A stretch of 64,000 nt of DNA, taken from NCBI GenBank assembly GCA_050117845.1, contig JASFLY010000001.1, positions 1 through 64,000 of the forward strand. Direction: 5' to 3'. A model generated the notes under the pieces. That model was not told the DNA's origin. It saw only the letters and a program-made list of their open reading frames with translations, and did no database searches. This stretch comes from Candidatus Zixiibacteriota bacterium. GTDB taxonomy: Bacteria; RBG-13-66-14; B26-G2; WVWN01. Every line of letters starts with the position of its first letter. Position 1 is the first letter of the stretch. Positions 46,832 through 56,840 of this stretch are shown piece after piece. The translations under genes and the position numbers were made by a program.

Positions 46832-49459
46832 TTACTCGACGATAACCATCTTCCTCGTAGCGGCCCGTGTCGCCGTCTCCAACCGGCAAAAATAGACGCC
46901 GGGCGGCAGCGGCGTACCGTCGTCGGCAGAGCCGTCCCAGCTGATGGCATGGCCGCCGCGGGAAGCGGGGCCGGCCCACAGGCGGCGCACCGGCGCGCCC
47001 CGCAAATCGTACACCGTCAATTTTACGTTCCCTTCCTCCGGGACGGCGAAGACGATATTCGTGCGGGCGCGGAACGGGTTGGGGTAATTCTGCGCGAGGG
47101 CGAATCCGGCCTTCCCGTAGTCAGCCCGCGGGCAAGCGGCGGCCGGCCCGGCGCCCGAACTCCGCCCGCCGGCCTCGACCCCCTCGACCCAATAATAATA
47201 AACCTTACCGTTAACGAGCGGCTCGTCTACGTAAACGAACGGCGACCGGCCCGTAATTAGCGAGGCGTTGACGCGAACCGGCCCCGTCTCCCCCCCAGAA
47301 GGCGGCGCCGCTGCGTTTCGCCCTTCGCCCCGGTACAGGTTCCATCCGCTCAGGGGGCGGCCGTCGCCCGGCCCCTCCCAAAACAGCGTCACGCAACGCT
47401 CTCCGGCCCGGGCCGTGAAACCGCGCGCCAGGGGGCCGGAGCCGCCCGGGTTGTGGCCGCCATAGTCGAGCTCGGGGTCGGCCGGCGTCGGCGGCTGCCA
47501 GGTCGGCCGGTAGTACTCCATGAAGGGGTCGCCCGCGAGGACGAAGCGAATACTCGAGTCAACGCCGGGGCGGCCGGCCGGGAAAATCTCGGAGACCTGG
47601 GCCGTGGCGAAACACAACGCCTCGCCCAACGTGTACCCGTGTTCCAACATACGGTTTACGAAGGATATCCAAAACCATCCGGCCCCCCCGGCCCCCACCA
47701 TGGTATAGGACGAGATGGACGCCGCGCCGAGGCGCCGCGTTACCACCGCGTTCATCTCGCCGCCGCCCACGCAACACGCATTGAACGCCGCCACGAGGCC
47801 GAAGTTGTTCCGGCCCATCCGGGCCCAATCGTTGTACGAGAACCGCCGGTCGCCGTCGTAGTTAACGTATCCCGCGGGGCCGCCGGGCCAGTCGGCCTCG
47901 TTCCACGGGACGTTGGCCGCGACGCCCTCGTCGACGTCGAACGGGAAAAAACCGTCCTCGGTCCCGTGGGTCGAGACGTAAAAGAAACCGGTCCCCTCGT
48001 AAATGTCGTTCTGGAAACCGACCAGGTCCTCGGCCGGCACGAAAGGATGTTGGCCGGCGCCGGCGTTGCGGCCGTTATGGACGACCGGGTCGTAAGCGTC
48101 TTCGGCGAAGTCCGTAAACACTCCCGGGTCGTCGTAGCCGCCGGCGCGGCAACCCAGAAGTTCGTTCACCTTATGATCGCGGCCGTAATTGTCGGTGAAA
48201 AAGTCCGGGCAGGTGACGACGTTCTGGGCCATGTATACCAGGCCGCAGAACGTGACCCGCTCCGGCCGGGGGTTGGAGAATATAAGGGCCCGGTAGGACG
48301 AGGCGAAACTGAACGAAGCCAGGTTCTCCGCCGTCGTGTTCACGAACCGGCCCGGTACGGCGCCGCGTTCGTCCGGCGTCTCGGTATCGCCAATAAGGGC
48401 CCGGTCGAAAACGTAGGAGATGCTATCCGGCCCGAAGGCCGGCGCGAAGGTCAACACGTACTCCAGCTGGTCCGGGTCGGTGCCGCCCAGGTCCTCGAGC
48501 CACGCGTAAAAACGGTCGGCCACGTCCTGTTCGGCGTCGAGCACCGCGGCGGGCATCGTGTACGGCCCGGTAAGCTTTTCCCGAGAACGGGGTACGAGCG
48601 CCAGGACGGCGTCCCACGCGTCGCCGGCCTGAGACGTAATGCCGTCCGGCACCGCGAGAACGTATCCCCCGTACCGGGCGGCGGCCACGGCCGCCGGCGC
48701 GGCCATCCCCTCTCCGCGAAAAGCGCATAGCACCGGCGGCGCGGGGTCAGTCATCTCGTTTATATACGTGACGACCTCGCGTTCGGTCGTCAGGTCGGCG
48801 GCCACAGCGGCGCCGAGGCCGCTCAAGGCCGCGTTCACCGAGGCCGGCAGCGTGTCGCCTATTTCGACCACGACCGCCCGCGAGGGTGCGAGGTACCCGA
48901 TGTATTCGAGCGTACGTTCAGAGAGGCCGGCGGAGCCGGCGTAGAAAAGCGGCGCGTTGAGGTACGCGGCGATGGAGGCGGCGTTGGCCACACTCTCCAC
49001 GTCCTCAGCCGTCGGGTTTTCGACGTAGGGGGCGACGACGACGTACTCGCTCGACGACCAATCCCGGGACAGCTCGCAGGCCGCCGCGGCGGGCGCGCCG
49101 TTTATCTCCCAGACTTCCCCCTCGCCAAGGCCGAAGAAGTCGCGGGTGTACTCGACGTCCGCGGCGTCGACGCCGCCCAGCGCCACGAGCTGGCTCAAGC
49201 CGCCCCGGCCCTGGAGGTACGCTTTATATGACTGGAGGAAGAACCCGGTCGTCTCGTTGCCGGCGTCGCCGGCCAGCACCGGCGCCTGAAAATCGTCGCC
49301 GCCGTGGCGGAAGACAAAGGCCGGGGCCGCGGCGCAGTAGTAATATAGACTATCCGCCGACGCGTCGTTGACGAGGGCGAGGCGGGGCATCGGCTTCCAC
49401 GCCCCGTACGCCGCGGCGGCCGCGAAGAACAATACGAAGCTGTTTATAATCCTAAACAT
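46832..49459 (-). CDS. Secreted multidomain protein: CW_binding_2-like, C25-like, Ig-like and T9SS/FlgD-Ig C-terminal domain
   Basis: Signal MFRIINSFVLFFAAAAAYG; STHG and FNACC; LAGDP; FALAQNYPNPF..VYDLRG..WDG..GVYFCRL..RKMVI. Confidence 0.8.
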   Translation of the reverse strand: MFRIINSFVLFFAAAAAYGAWKPMPRLALVNDASADSLYYYCAAAPAFVFRHGGDDFQAPVLAGDAGNETTGFFLQSYKAYLQGRGGLSQLVALGGVDAADVEYTRDFFGLGEGEVWEINGAPAAAACELSRDWSSSEYVVVAPYVENPTAEDVESVANAASIAAYLNAPLFYAGSAGLSERTLEYIGYLAPSRAVVVEIGDTLPASVNAALSGLGAAVAADLTTEREVVTYINEMTDPAPPVLCAFRGEGMAAPAAVAAARYGGYVLAVPDGITSQAGDAWDAVLALVPRSREKLTGPYTMPAAVLDAEQDVADRFYAWLEDLGGTDPDQLEYVLTFAPAFGPDSISYVFDRALIGDTETPDERGAVPGRFVNTTAENLASFSFASSYRALIFSNPRPERVTFCGLVYMAQNVVTCPDFFTDNYGRDHKVNELLGCRAGGYDDPGVFTDFAEDAYDPVVHNGRNAGAGQHPFVPAEDLVGFQNDIYEGTGFFYVSTHGTEDGFFPFDVDEGVAANVPWNEADWPGGPAGYVNYDGDRRFSYNDWARMGRNNFGLVAAFNACCVGGGEMNAVVTRRLGAASISSYTMVGAGGAGWFWISFVNRMLEHGYTLGEALCFATAQVSEIFPAGRPGVDSSIRFVLAGDPFMEYYRPTWQPPTPADPELDYGGHNPGGSGPLARGFTARAGERCVTLFWEGPGDGRPLSGWNLYRGEGRNAAAPPSGGETGPVRVNASLITGRSPFVYVDEPLVNGKVYYYWVEGVEAGGRSSGAGPAAACPRADYGKAGFALAQNYPNPFRARTNIVFAVPEEGNVKLTVYDLRGAPVRRLWAGPASRGGHAISWDGSADDGTPLPPGVYFCRLETATRAATRKMVIVE

Positions 49460-49561
49460 CCGGTTTATTTTACCACGGCCCGCCGCAAGCCGCAACGGCC
49501 CGCGGGCCGGTCGGATTAGGGTTGACTCTCGGGGGCAGGATTAAGTATACTTGGGCGTCCC

Positions 49562-49635
49562 GGGCGATTAGCTCAGCTGGCCAGAGCGCCTGCCTTACAA
49601 GCAGGAGGTCGGAGGTTCAAGTCCCCCATCGCCCA
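49562..49635 (+). tRNA. tRNA-Val(TAC), CCA not encoded
   Basis: GGGCGATTAGCTCAGCTGGCCAGAGCGCCTGCCTTACAAGCAGGAGGTCGGAGGTTCAAGTCCCCCATCGCCCA; promoter TTGACT-18-TATACT upstream and terminator at 49642-49668. Confidence 0.96.
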
Positions 49636-49741
49636 AATGACCCAGGGGCTTACCTCGCCCCTGGTTTTATATTAATCTGAAGGGCGACGTTTTGATAATC
49701 CCCGCATGTTTGCGATAATACCGGCCGAGAGGAGAAACCGG

Positions 49742-50317
49742 ATGAAAGTCATCGCGTTCAACGGCAGCGCCCGCGAAGACGGCAATACCGCCCTCATGAT
49801 CCGATGGGTTTTCGAAGAGCTAACGAAAGAGGGCATCGAGACCGAACTGTACCAGCTGGCCGGGAAAGAAATCCACGGGTGCCGGGCTTGCTATAAATGC
49901 TTCGGCAATAAAGACGGCCGGTGCTCCGTGGACACCGACGTTGTCAACGAGTGTATCGAAAAGATGGCGGCGGCGGACGGCATTATCCTGGCGTCGCCGG
50001 TCTACTTCGCCGACGTCACGGCCCAGATTAAGGCATTGATGGACCGGGCCGGTTTCGTGGGCCTCGCCAACGGCGGCATGTTTCGTCGTAAAGTCGGTGC
50101 GTCGGTCGTAGTGGCCCGACGGGGCGGCGCCATCCATACCTTCGACTCGCTGAACCATTTCTTCTTCATCAGCGAGATGGTAGTGCCCGGCTCGAGTTAC
50201 TGGAACATGGGGTTCGGTATGGAACCCGGCGCCGTAGAGCAGGACGAAGAAGCCCAACGCACGATGAGGACGCTGGGCCGAAACATGGCCTGGCTCCTGG
50301 GAAAAATCTCCGATTAA
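49742..50317 (+). CDS. Iron-sulfur flavoprotein (Isf-like flavodoxin fold)
   Basis: NGSAREDGNT, CRACYKC-x7-C, SPVYF, RRGG; SD AGGAG. Confidence 0.9.
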   Translation: MKVIAFNGSAREDGNTALMIRWVFEELTKEGIETELYQLAGKEIHGCRACYKCFGNKDGRCSVDTDVVNECIEKMAAADGIILASPVYFADVTAQIKALMDRAGFVGLANGGMFRRKVGASVVVARRGGAIHTFDSLNHFFFISEMVVPGSSYWNMGFGMEPGAVEQDEEAQRTMRTLGRNMAWLLGKISD

Positions 50318-50414
50318 CGACGGTCGATCCCGGTTGCCCACAAACAATCCCGCCTCCAAGAGGCGGGGTTTTTATTCGTATATCTACTTCATCTTTTAGG
50401 ATAACGGCCGAGCG

Positions 50415-50825
50415 TCACGTCTTCCCCTCCGGCCAAACGTACGGCAAACTGGGTTCTTCTTTCCAATCGTACCGGCCGTAAAAAACGGGATCCTTCCGCA
50501 ACAAACTGCTGCGGTGTGACGCGTGGATCCCGCCGCCCAGCCAGTACGGGAGTTCCACTTCGCCGTCGACGTCCTCGAATTCCATGTTGTTCTCGAAGCC
50601 GCGCCGAATCCACTCCGTCAGGATAGCGTTATAGTATTCCTTGAGCGCGTTCTCGTATCCCCGCCACATCTTAACGGCCGGGTGATGGATCCATCCCCGC
50701 CCCTTGGCCCGGCCCAAAAGTATATTCAGGATTTGACGCGCCTCGACGCGCTGTTTGCCGAGCCGCCTGTCGTCCAGGCAACGCGCGCTCCGCTCGAAAT
50801 CCGGATATGGTAGAAAGGTTTGCAC
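50415..50825 (-). CDS. Pyrimidine-dimer DNA glycosylase-like protein (MSMEG_6728 family)
   Basis: GTG start, MQTFLPY..F..SA..LD.RRLGKQRVE, HPAVKMWRG, HASHRS.LLRKDP. Confidence 0.88.
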   Translation of the reverse strand: MQTFLPYPDFERSARCLDDRRLGKQRVEARQILNILLGRAKGRGWIHHPAVKMWRGYENALKEYYNAILTEWIRRGFENNMEFEDVDGEVELPYWLGGGIHASHRSSLLRKDPVFYGRYDWKEEPSLPYVWPEGKT

Positions 50826-51032
50826 GACTTTTATCTCCCGCTCCAATCCCGGCTTAAACCCCGGGTTTTTTTTATCATAATAGAACGGCGGCGGCAAGGG
50901 CGAAGGCCCCGGATAATCGCGTCCGTGCAACCGTCTCCGGCGCCCCGCCGTCGTATTTAACGGAGACGATAAACGCGCGACCCGGGAAGTGGAGGTGATA
51001 TTGCAACCGGTTATTACGAAAGGCAGGCCAAG

Positions 51033-52163
51033 ATGCGAGCGAATAATATTTTATCCCTCCCGGTTATCGTAATCCTTTCCACGTCTTTTTTCTCTCTATC
51101 ATGCGAAGATGCCACCGGCGCGGAGGCCGAAACGTTCTCCGGCGCGATCGTGGATACCGGCCAAACCAAATACTACGACAATTACCGGGAAATCTCCGCC
51201 CCTTCCGCTGGCGGTAAATTCTACGGCCAGGACGCGCAATATGACGGCGTCGCGTTCAGCTACCGCGACAACGGCGACGGTACGGTAACGGACCTCAACA
51301 CCGGCCTGATGTGGCAACAAACGCCGGACTTCGACAGCCGAAGGACTTGGTACGAAGCCGGGGAATACGCCGACGGGTTGACGCTGGCGGGATACGACGA
51401 CTGGCGCCTCCCGACGATAAAGGAGTTGACGTCCATCGCCGCGTTCGACGGCGGCATCGAAACCCGCACGCCCTACCTGGATACGCGCTATTTCTACTTC
51501 GAATACCCCGGCCCGCCGTACCGCGAGATCGACGCCCAATTCTGGTCCAGCAACCTTTACTTGGGGACCATTTTCGGCAACGACGAAGGCGCCTTCGGCT
51601 TCAACTTCGCGGACGCCCATATCAAAGCCTACCCCACGCAAGGCGGCCCCAGCGGCGGGTTCTTCGTCCGCTGTGTCCGGGGCGATAGCTACGGCGTCAA
51701 CGACTTCACGGCCAACGGCGACGGCACGGTGACGGACCGCAATACGGGCCTTATGTGGCAACAAATGGACGACGGCGTAGGCCGGAACTGGGAAGAGGCG
51801 CTGGCGTACGCTGAAGGCCTGACGCTCGCCGGTTACGACGACTGGCGACTGCCGAACGCCAAAGAATTGCAGAGTATCGTGGATTACGATAGCGAAGCGC
51901 CGGCTATCGATACGGCATTCGGCATGAGCGACCCTGATGGATGGTTCTGGACGAGCACTACTCACGGCGACGACATACGGAGCGCCGCATACATAGCCTT
52001 CGGCAGGGCTACCGACTACGCCGGCACGGACGTCCACGGAGCCGGGGCACTGCGGAGCGACCCCAAACAGGGCGACCCGAACGACTACCCGCAGGGCAGA
52101 GGCCCCCAAAACGACGACGTCCGGATATACAACTACGTCCGTTGCGTCAGGGATGCGGATTAA
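51033..52163 (+). CDS. DUF1566 (Lcl) domain lipoprotein
   Basis: Lipobox SLSC; two NGDGTVTD..TGLMWQ...LAGYDDWRLP..KEL repeats; VRCVR. Confidence 0.92.
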   Translation: MRANNILSLPVIVILSTSFFSLSCEDATGAEAETFSGAIVDTGQTKYYDNYREISAPSAGGKFYGQDAQYDGVAFSYRDNGDGTVTDLNTGLMWQQTPDFDSRRTWYEAGEYADGLTLAGYDDWRLPTIKELTSIAAFDGGIETRTPYLDTRYFYFEYPGPPYREIDAQFWSSNLYLGTIFGNDEGAFGFNFADAHIKAYPTQGGPSGGFFVRCVRGDSYGVNDFTANGDGTVTDRNTGLMWQQMDDGVGRNWEEALAYAEGLTLAGYDDWRLPNAKELQSIVDYDSEAPAIDTAFGMSDPDGWFWTSTTHGDDIRSAAYIAFGRATDYAGTDVHGAGALRSDPKQGDPNDYPQGRGPQNDDVRIYNYVRCVRDAD

Positions 52164-52205
52164 CGGGGACTACTCCCCACTCCGGGAGCCGCGGATAAAA
52201 ATCGC

Positions 52206-52231
52206 GAAACCCCGCCCTCGGGCGGGGTTTC
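52206..52231. terminator. Terminator hairpin
   Basis: GAAACCCCGCC-ctcg-GGCGGGGTTTC. Confidence 0.7.
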
Positions 52232-52278
52232 CGTTTCCCCTTTGACCGGGCGCCGGCCCTTATGGTATTCTTGCCATC

Positions 52279-53514
52279 ATGTTGGGGCGACTCCTTATAG
52301 TAGCGGCGGTTCTGGCGTCCTACCTGGCCGGGGCCCCGGCGGCCTGGGCGGCCGAGGAAAAAGCGCGGCCCCTGGCCCACCGGGACCTCGTCCTCGACCT
52401 CGGCCCCAAACTCCCGGAACCCGAGAAAGAGGCCTTAAGCGACCCCCGCTTCGCCGCGGCGAGCCGTTACACCACGGCCCGGCAAATAAGTTCCATCGCG
52501 GCCGGCATCTTCATCGTCGCCGGCCTCTTGGCCTTCTACTTCGTTGGCGGCCCGGCCTGGGTGGAACGGAAGACTAAGGGCCGGCCCTTCGCCGCTACGC
52601 TTCTAACGGCGGGGGCCGTCGGCTCTATCCCAACGGCCGTATTCCTGGCCGCGGCCGTCGTCCGAGCGGTCTACCTCAAAGGGGCCGGCGTACCTATTTC
52701 GGCCGTGGCGGTCGTCGCCCCGCCGGTATGCTACGGCCTCGGCGCCGCGGCGTTCACGTTCGCGGTTGGCTCGGCCCGGACGTACTGGCCGCGCTCCTGG
52801 TGGATCGCGATAACGGCGGCGGCCGTCGCAGCCGCGGTAGGAGGACTACTATTCCTGCCCTTCCCGCCGGCGGACCGTCCCGCTTCGCCCACCGGCGGCT
52901 TCCTGGCGGAACGGGCGCAATACCTCTCCAGCCAATACGAATTTACGCCGTACGAAATCGCCGTGGAACGCCGGGGGCCGGGAGCCGGCACCATCACCGC
53001 GGTCGCCCTCCCGGCGCGCCGCAAGGTAGTCGCGACCGAAGGCGCCGAGTCGCTCAACCGATACGAGGCCGAAGTTCTCCTCGCGACGGCTATCAGGCGA
53101 GCGGAGGCCCGGCAAAAAAGCCTCCTGGGCGCGGCGGCGCTCGTGGCCTTCATGGCCGCCCTACTCCTCGCGGAGTACGCCGCCGGCCGCCTCGCCCTCC
53201 TAAAGGAAAGCCGCCGGGGCGCCCCGGCTGACGACCTCTCGGCGTTCGCAGCCGTCTTCGTGGCCGTCTGCCTTTTGGGCCTAGTACTCTTCAACGCGTG
53301 GCACCGGCACCTCGCCCGACAAGTCGACGAGGAGGTCGTTACGCTCACCCGCAAGCCGTTGGCCGCCGTCACCCTCTACTACCGCGAGGCCGCCGCCAAC
53401 CTCGCCGCCGCCGAACCGAACCCTATCCTCCATTTCCTGGCCGACGCCTACCCCTCCCCCGCCGAACGCGCGGCCGAAGCGCGTCGTCTGCGCCGGGAAC
53501 TGGCCCGGGAATAA
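52279..53514 (+). CDS. M48/Ste24-like membrane protein lacking zinc ligands
   Basis: Ste24-like TM topology; WPRSWW, RKVV, NL...EPNP....L...YPSPAER; no HExxH motif. Confidence 0.6.
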   Translation: MLGRLLIVAAVLASYLAGAPAAWAAEEKARPLAHRDLVLDLGPKLPEPEKEALSDPRFAAASRYTTARQISSIAAGIFIVAGLLAFYFVGGPAWVERKTKGRPFAATLLTAGAVGSIPTAVFLAAAVVRAVYLKGAGVPISAVAVVAPPVCYGLGAAAFTFAVGSARTYWPRSWWIAITAAAVAAAVGGLLFLPFPPADRPASPTGGFLAERAQYLSSQYEFTPYEIAVERRGPGAGTITAVALPARRKVVATEGAESLNRYEAEVLLATAIRRAEARQKSLLGAAALVAFMAALLLAEYAAGRLALLKESRRGAPADDLSAFAAVFVAVCLLGLVLFNAWHRHLARQVDEEVVTLTRKPLAAVTLYYREAAANLAAAEPNPILHFLADAYPSPAERAAEARRLRRELARE

Positions 53515-53569
53515 AAAACCGCGGCTCTCCCGGAGCCGCGTATTCCGCACAAACCGCCGCATTCGCCGC

Positions 53570-54538
53570 TTAATCGTTAAATCGATTAACGCCGCCGTCG
53601 AGCGTCCCCACCCACATATAACCCAATTTATCGCCGTAAACGCAACGGGCGTAGTTGCTTAAAAGGCCCCGGTCGCGGTCGTAGGCGACGAAACCACCGC
53701 CGTAGGACCGGGCGACGCCGCCCCCGGCCGTAGCGACCCAGACCTCGCCGTTGGCCCGATAAGCGATATCGTTAATGATGTCGGCCTTCAACACCGAATT
53801 GCCGGTATCGTACGTGCGGACGAACTCGCCGTCCCGGAACAAAGCCAAGCCCCGGTCCGTGCCTATCCAGGTCTCGTCGTCGCGGGCCGCTACGGTATAA
53901 ACGTTGTCCGAGGGGAGGTTGTTTTTTAAAGTCGTATATTCCGTAACCGTCCCGTGATCATAAAACGCCGCGCCGCCGATGCACGCCGCCCACACCTGGT
54001 CGACGCCCACGGCGTACACGTCCCAAACGTCGTCGCCGGGAAGGCCGGAGGTACTATTAATAACCGTGAACCCCGGGTCGTCGTACCGGGCCAAGCCGGA
54101 CCGCGTCGCGAACCAAACCTTTTCGCCGTCGAAGACGATTTCGTTCACCCAATTCGACGGGAGTCCCTCGGCACCGCCGAACGGCGTAACCTCCCCGTCG
54201 CGCACCAAGGCCGCACCCAAATACGTCCCGATCCAAACGTCGTCGTTCGGCAATACGGCGAGGCCGAAGATCCCCTCCGCCGGCATCCCGTTCGTTACGT
54301 CGTATATTACCCACTCCGAGCCGTTGTTGTACGCCAGGCCCGCGCCGGTCGCGAACCACGAACACGTCTCGTCGGCGTAGACGCCGTAAACGGTGTTGGA
54401 AGGCAGGTCCCCTTGTTCCTCGGTGATGTAGAACCAGGAAGGTTCCGTTAAAACCTCATCGTCGTTGCAGGCGATGCCGCAAAAGGCCGCGACGGCCGCG
54501 GCCGGAATCGCAACGCGTACGATTATCGTCCTAATCAT
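53570..54538 (-). CDS. Reg_prop beta-propeller lipoprotein
   Basis: Lipobox GIAC; repeats of LPSN.V..I..D...WIGT..GL. Confidence 0.85.
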   Translation of the reverse strand: MIRTIIVRVAIPAAAVAAFCGIACNDDEVLTEPSWFYITEEQGDLPSNTVYGVYADETCSWFATGAGLAYNNGSEWVIYDVTNGMPAEGIFGLAVLPNDDVWIGTYLGAALVRDGEVTPFGGAEGLPSNWVNEIVFDGEKVWFATRSGLARYDDPGFTVINSTSGLPGDDVWDVYAVGVDQVWAACIGGAAFYDHGTVTEYTTLKNNLPSDNVYTVAARDDETWIGTDRGLALFRDGEFVRTYDTGNSVLKADIINDIAYRANGEVWVATAGGGVARSYGGGFVAYDRDRGLLSNYARCVYGDKLGYMWVGTLDGGVNRFND

Positions 54539-54920
54539 CGCTACCCACATAAGCTATCGCGGCGATTTCGACGAGCGCCCCCAAGGGAAGGCCCGCGGCC
54601 TGGATCGCGAAACGGGCGGGAGGCCGGTCCCCCGCGAATTCGCCGTATACTTCGTTAACGGCCGCGAAGTCCGCGAAATCCGCCAGGAATACTTCCGCCC
54701 TCACGACGTCTTCCCAGCCGGCGCCACCAGCTTCCAGGACCGCCGTTAAATTGACCATTACCTGCCGGGCCTGGGCGGACGCGCTATCGCCGACCATCTC
54801 TCCGCTTTCCGGGTCGAGGGCAATCTGGCCGGCCGTAAAAAGGAACCCGCCGGCCAATGTCGCCTGGGAATACGGGCCTATAGCCGCCGGGGCCGCATCG
54901 GTCTCAATTATCTTCTTCAA
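54531..54920 (-). CDS. ridA: RidA enamine/imine deaminase
   Basis: APAAIGPYSQ, GQI, F..VNEVY, PPAR, LP.GALVEI. Confidence 0.93.
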   Translation of the reverse strand: MKKIIETDAAPAAIGPYSQATLAGGFLFTAGQIALDPESGEMVGDSASAQARQVMVNLTAVLEAGGAGWEDVVRAEVFLADFADFAAVNEVYGEFAGDRPPARFAIQAAGLPLGALVEIAAIAYVGSDD

Positions 54921-56103
54921 CGGAGTCCCCTTCGGATTCGGGCGCGGCGGTTCCCCCGCCGTCGCGTTCGCTTTCTAGCGCGAGGACCGACTGCTCCAGT
55001 TCGTCGTCGTACATCTCGAGCAGGCTCTCGTCGTCCTTCTTTTTCCGCAATATGGTGTAGATTATCGTCTGTCCGACGGTGTTAACGTTAATGGCGTAGG
55101 CCACGACGATACCCAGGACCACGAGGAGGCCGAGGGATATTAGCGTCGCGGCGATAGCCTGCGGCCACGGCAGGGGAAGGACCACGTCGTGCCAGGCGCC
55201 CAAGGGACAAGTAATCGATTCGGAAATAGAGCCGAGTACCGGGCAATTACCCGGATACGCGCCCCGGCACCAGCTCGGAAGAACGCGGCCCGCCGCCGCG
55301 AACGCCAGGCCGAACTTCGACCCCATGGGAACGTATAGCGCGGAATATACCACGGCCAACGCCAGCGAGGAGAAACACGCGAATAACGCCCCCGACGTCA
55401 CCGTCAGGAAGCGTAACAGCATGTTATATAGGACCAATCGCCACGGCTGGCTCGACAGCGTGGAGAACAGCTCGAAAGAGGTTTCAAACGTGTCGTCGCC
55501 GGTCGTCGCGACTATCGCGGGAGTAAGCCGGAACGACAGCAAGAAAACGATCGTGAGGAAAAGGAAAAGAAGAGCGCCAGCGAAAAGGGGAACGAAGGAA
55601 AGCGACGCGACGATATCGCCGAACCAAGGTATCTTTCCTACCAAGCCTACCAAAAGGCCGGCGCCGAAAAGGAGCGCCAGCGACGCCAGAACCGCGAGCG
55701 GCGTGAATACCACCGGCCGCCAATGGCGCCGGACGTACCGGCCTGCCTCCCGGCGCGAGTAGAAGTCGTTCCCCCGCAACTGCTCGATGGTTATCTTCGC
55801 CACCGCCGCCATCGCGAGGAAATTTACGACGAAAAAGGCCAGCGCGCCGACGACCCATAATAGTACGCCGGCGGCGTTCAGCGGATACGTGCCGTAAGCG
55901 AGCGCTACGGGAGGGAAGAGGTAATACGAACTCCAGATCCTGTAAACGTCGCCGCCCGAAACGGCGAACGCGAGGTAGGCGCAAATATTATATATTACTA
56001 GGCCCAGTGCCAAGGCCCGGAACTGCGTCCAGATCTTTTTCGCACTGAGAGCAAGGCGGGGCGCCCGGAAGATATCAATGAAGTTGAATCGGAAGTCGAT
56101 CAT
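54904..56103 (-). CDS. Uncharacterised polytopic membrane protein
   Basis: About 6 TM; SD GGAGG; in an operon with transaldolase and ridA. Confidence 0.8.
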   Translation of the reverse strand: MIDFRFNFIDIFRAPRLALSAKKIWTQFRALALGLVIYNICAYLAFAVSGGDVYRIWSSYYLFPPVALAYGTYPLNAAGVLLWVVGALAFFVVNFLAMAAVAKITIEQLRGNDFYSRREAGRYVRRHWRPVVFTPLAVLASLALLFGAGLLVGLVGKIPWFGDIVASLSFVPLFAGALLFLFLTIVFLLSFRLTPAIVATTGDDTFETSFELFSTLSSQPWRLVLYNMLLRFLTVTSGALFACFSSLALAVVYSALYVPMGSKFGLAFAAAGRVLPSWCRGAYPGNCPVLGSISESITCPLGAWHDVVLPLPWPQAIAATLISLGLLVVLGIVVAYAINVNTVGQTIIYTILRKKKDDESLLEMYDDELEQSVLALESERDGGGTAAPESEGDSVEEDN

Positions 56104-56143
56104 CTTCCCTCCTTAGCGCGGAGAACTCGGAGCGACCTCGCCC

Positions 56144-56791
56144 TTAGCCCTTCGGTATCTTTTCGTAATCTTCCAGGAATTTCTTCATCCCGATATCGGT
56201 CAGCGGGTGCTTGATCATCTTGTCGATGACCGCCGGCGGGACCGTTACGATGTCGGCGCCGATACGGCCGGCCTCCAACACGTGGAGGGGGTGACGCACG
56301 CTCGCGACTACGACCTCGGTCTCGAAATCGTAGTTCTCGTATATCGTAACGATATCCTCGATAATCTCCATGCCGGTATGGCTGATGTCGTCGAGCCTGC
56401 CGATAAAGGGACTGCAAAACTTCGCCCCGGCCTTGGCCACCACGAGCGCCTGCATCGGCGAGAATATCAACGTAACGTTGGTCGGGATACCCTCGTCGGC
56501 CAGCCGGCGGACGGCTTTTACCCCTTCCTCGAAACACGGGATTTTCGACACGAAATTCGGGCCGCGTTCGTAGTAGCGCCGGGCTTCCTCGACGATGCCG
56601 TCGGCGTCCGGGCTCACCGCCTCGACGTTAATGGGTCCCTCACAAATCTTCGCTATCTCGTCGTAGAGTTTGTCGGCGGGCATATTCTCTTTGGCGACGA
56701 GAGTGGGATTGGTCGTAACGCCGTCGAGCAAACCCAGGTCGGCAGCCCGTTTGATAGCATCCAAATTCGCGGTATCGAGAAAGAGCTTCAT
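56144..56791 (-). CDS. tal: Transaldolase / fructose-6-phosphate aldolase
   Basis: FLDTAN, GVTTNPTL, KIP, NVTLIFS, SPFIGRLDD, ASVRHP, HPLTD.G. Confidence 0.95.
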   Translation of the reverse strand: MKLFLDTANLDAIKRAADLGLLDGVTTNPTLVAKENMPADKLYDEIAKICEGPINVEAVSPDADGIVEEARRYYERGPNFVSKIPCFEEGVKAVRRLADEGIPTNVTLIFSPMQALVVAKAGAKFCSPFIGRLDDISHTGMEIIEDIVTIYENYDFETEVVVASVRHPLHVLEAGRIGADIVTVPPAVIDKMIKHPLTDIGMKKFLEDYEKIPKG

Positions 56792-56840
56792 TCCTTTATA
56801 ACCTCCGTGTAAACGAGTAGGATTTCCGGCCGCGGGCCGA

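Noticed and set aside
49611..49627. A-C mismatch in the tRNA-Val T-stem suggesting a pseudo-tRNA
   Set aside because: Single mismatch; other arms, promoter and terminator are intact.
49562..53570. Integrative element at tRNA-Val (also considered at tRNA-Asp)
   Set aside because: No integrase seen, and I found no duplicated tRNA 3' end by eye.
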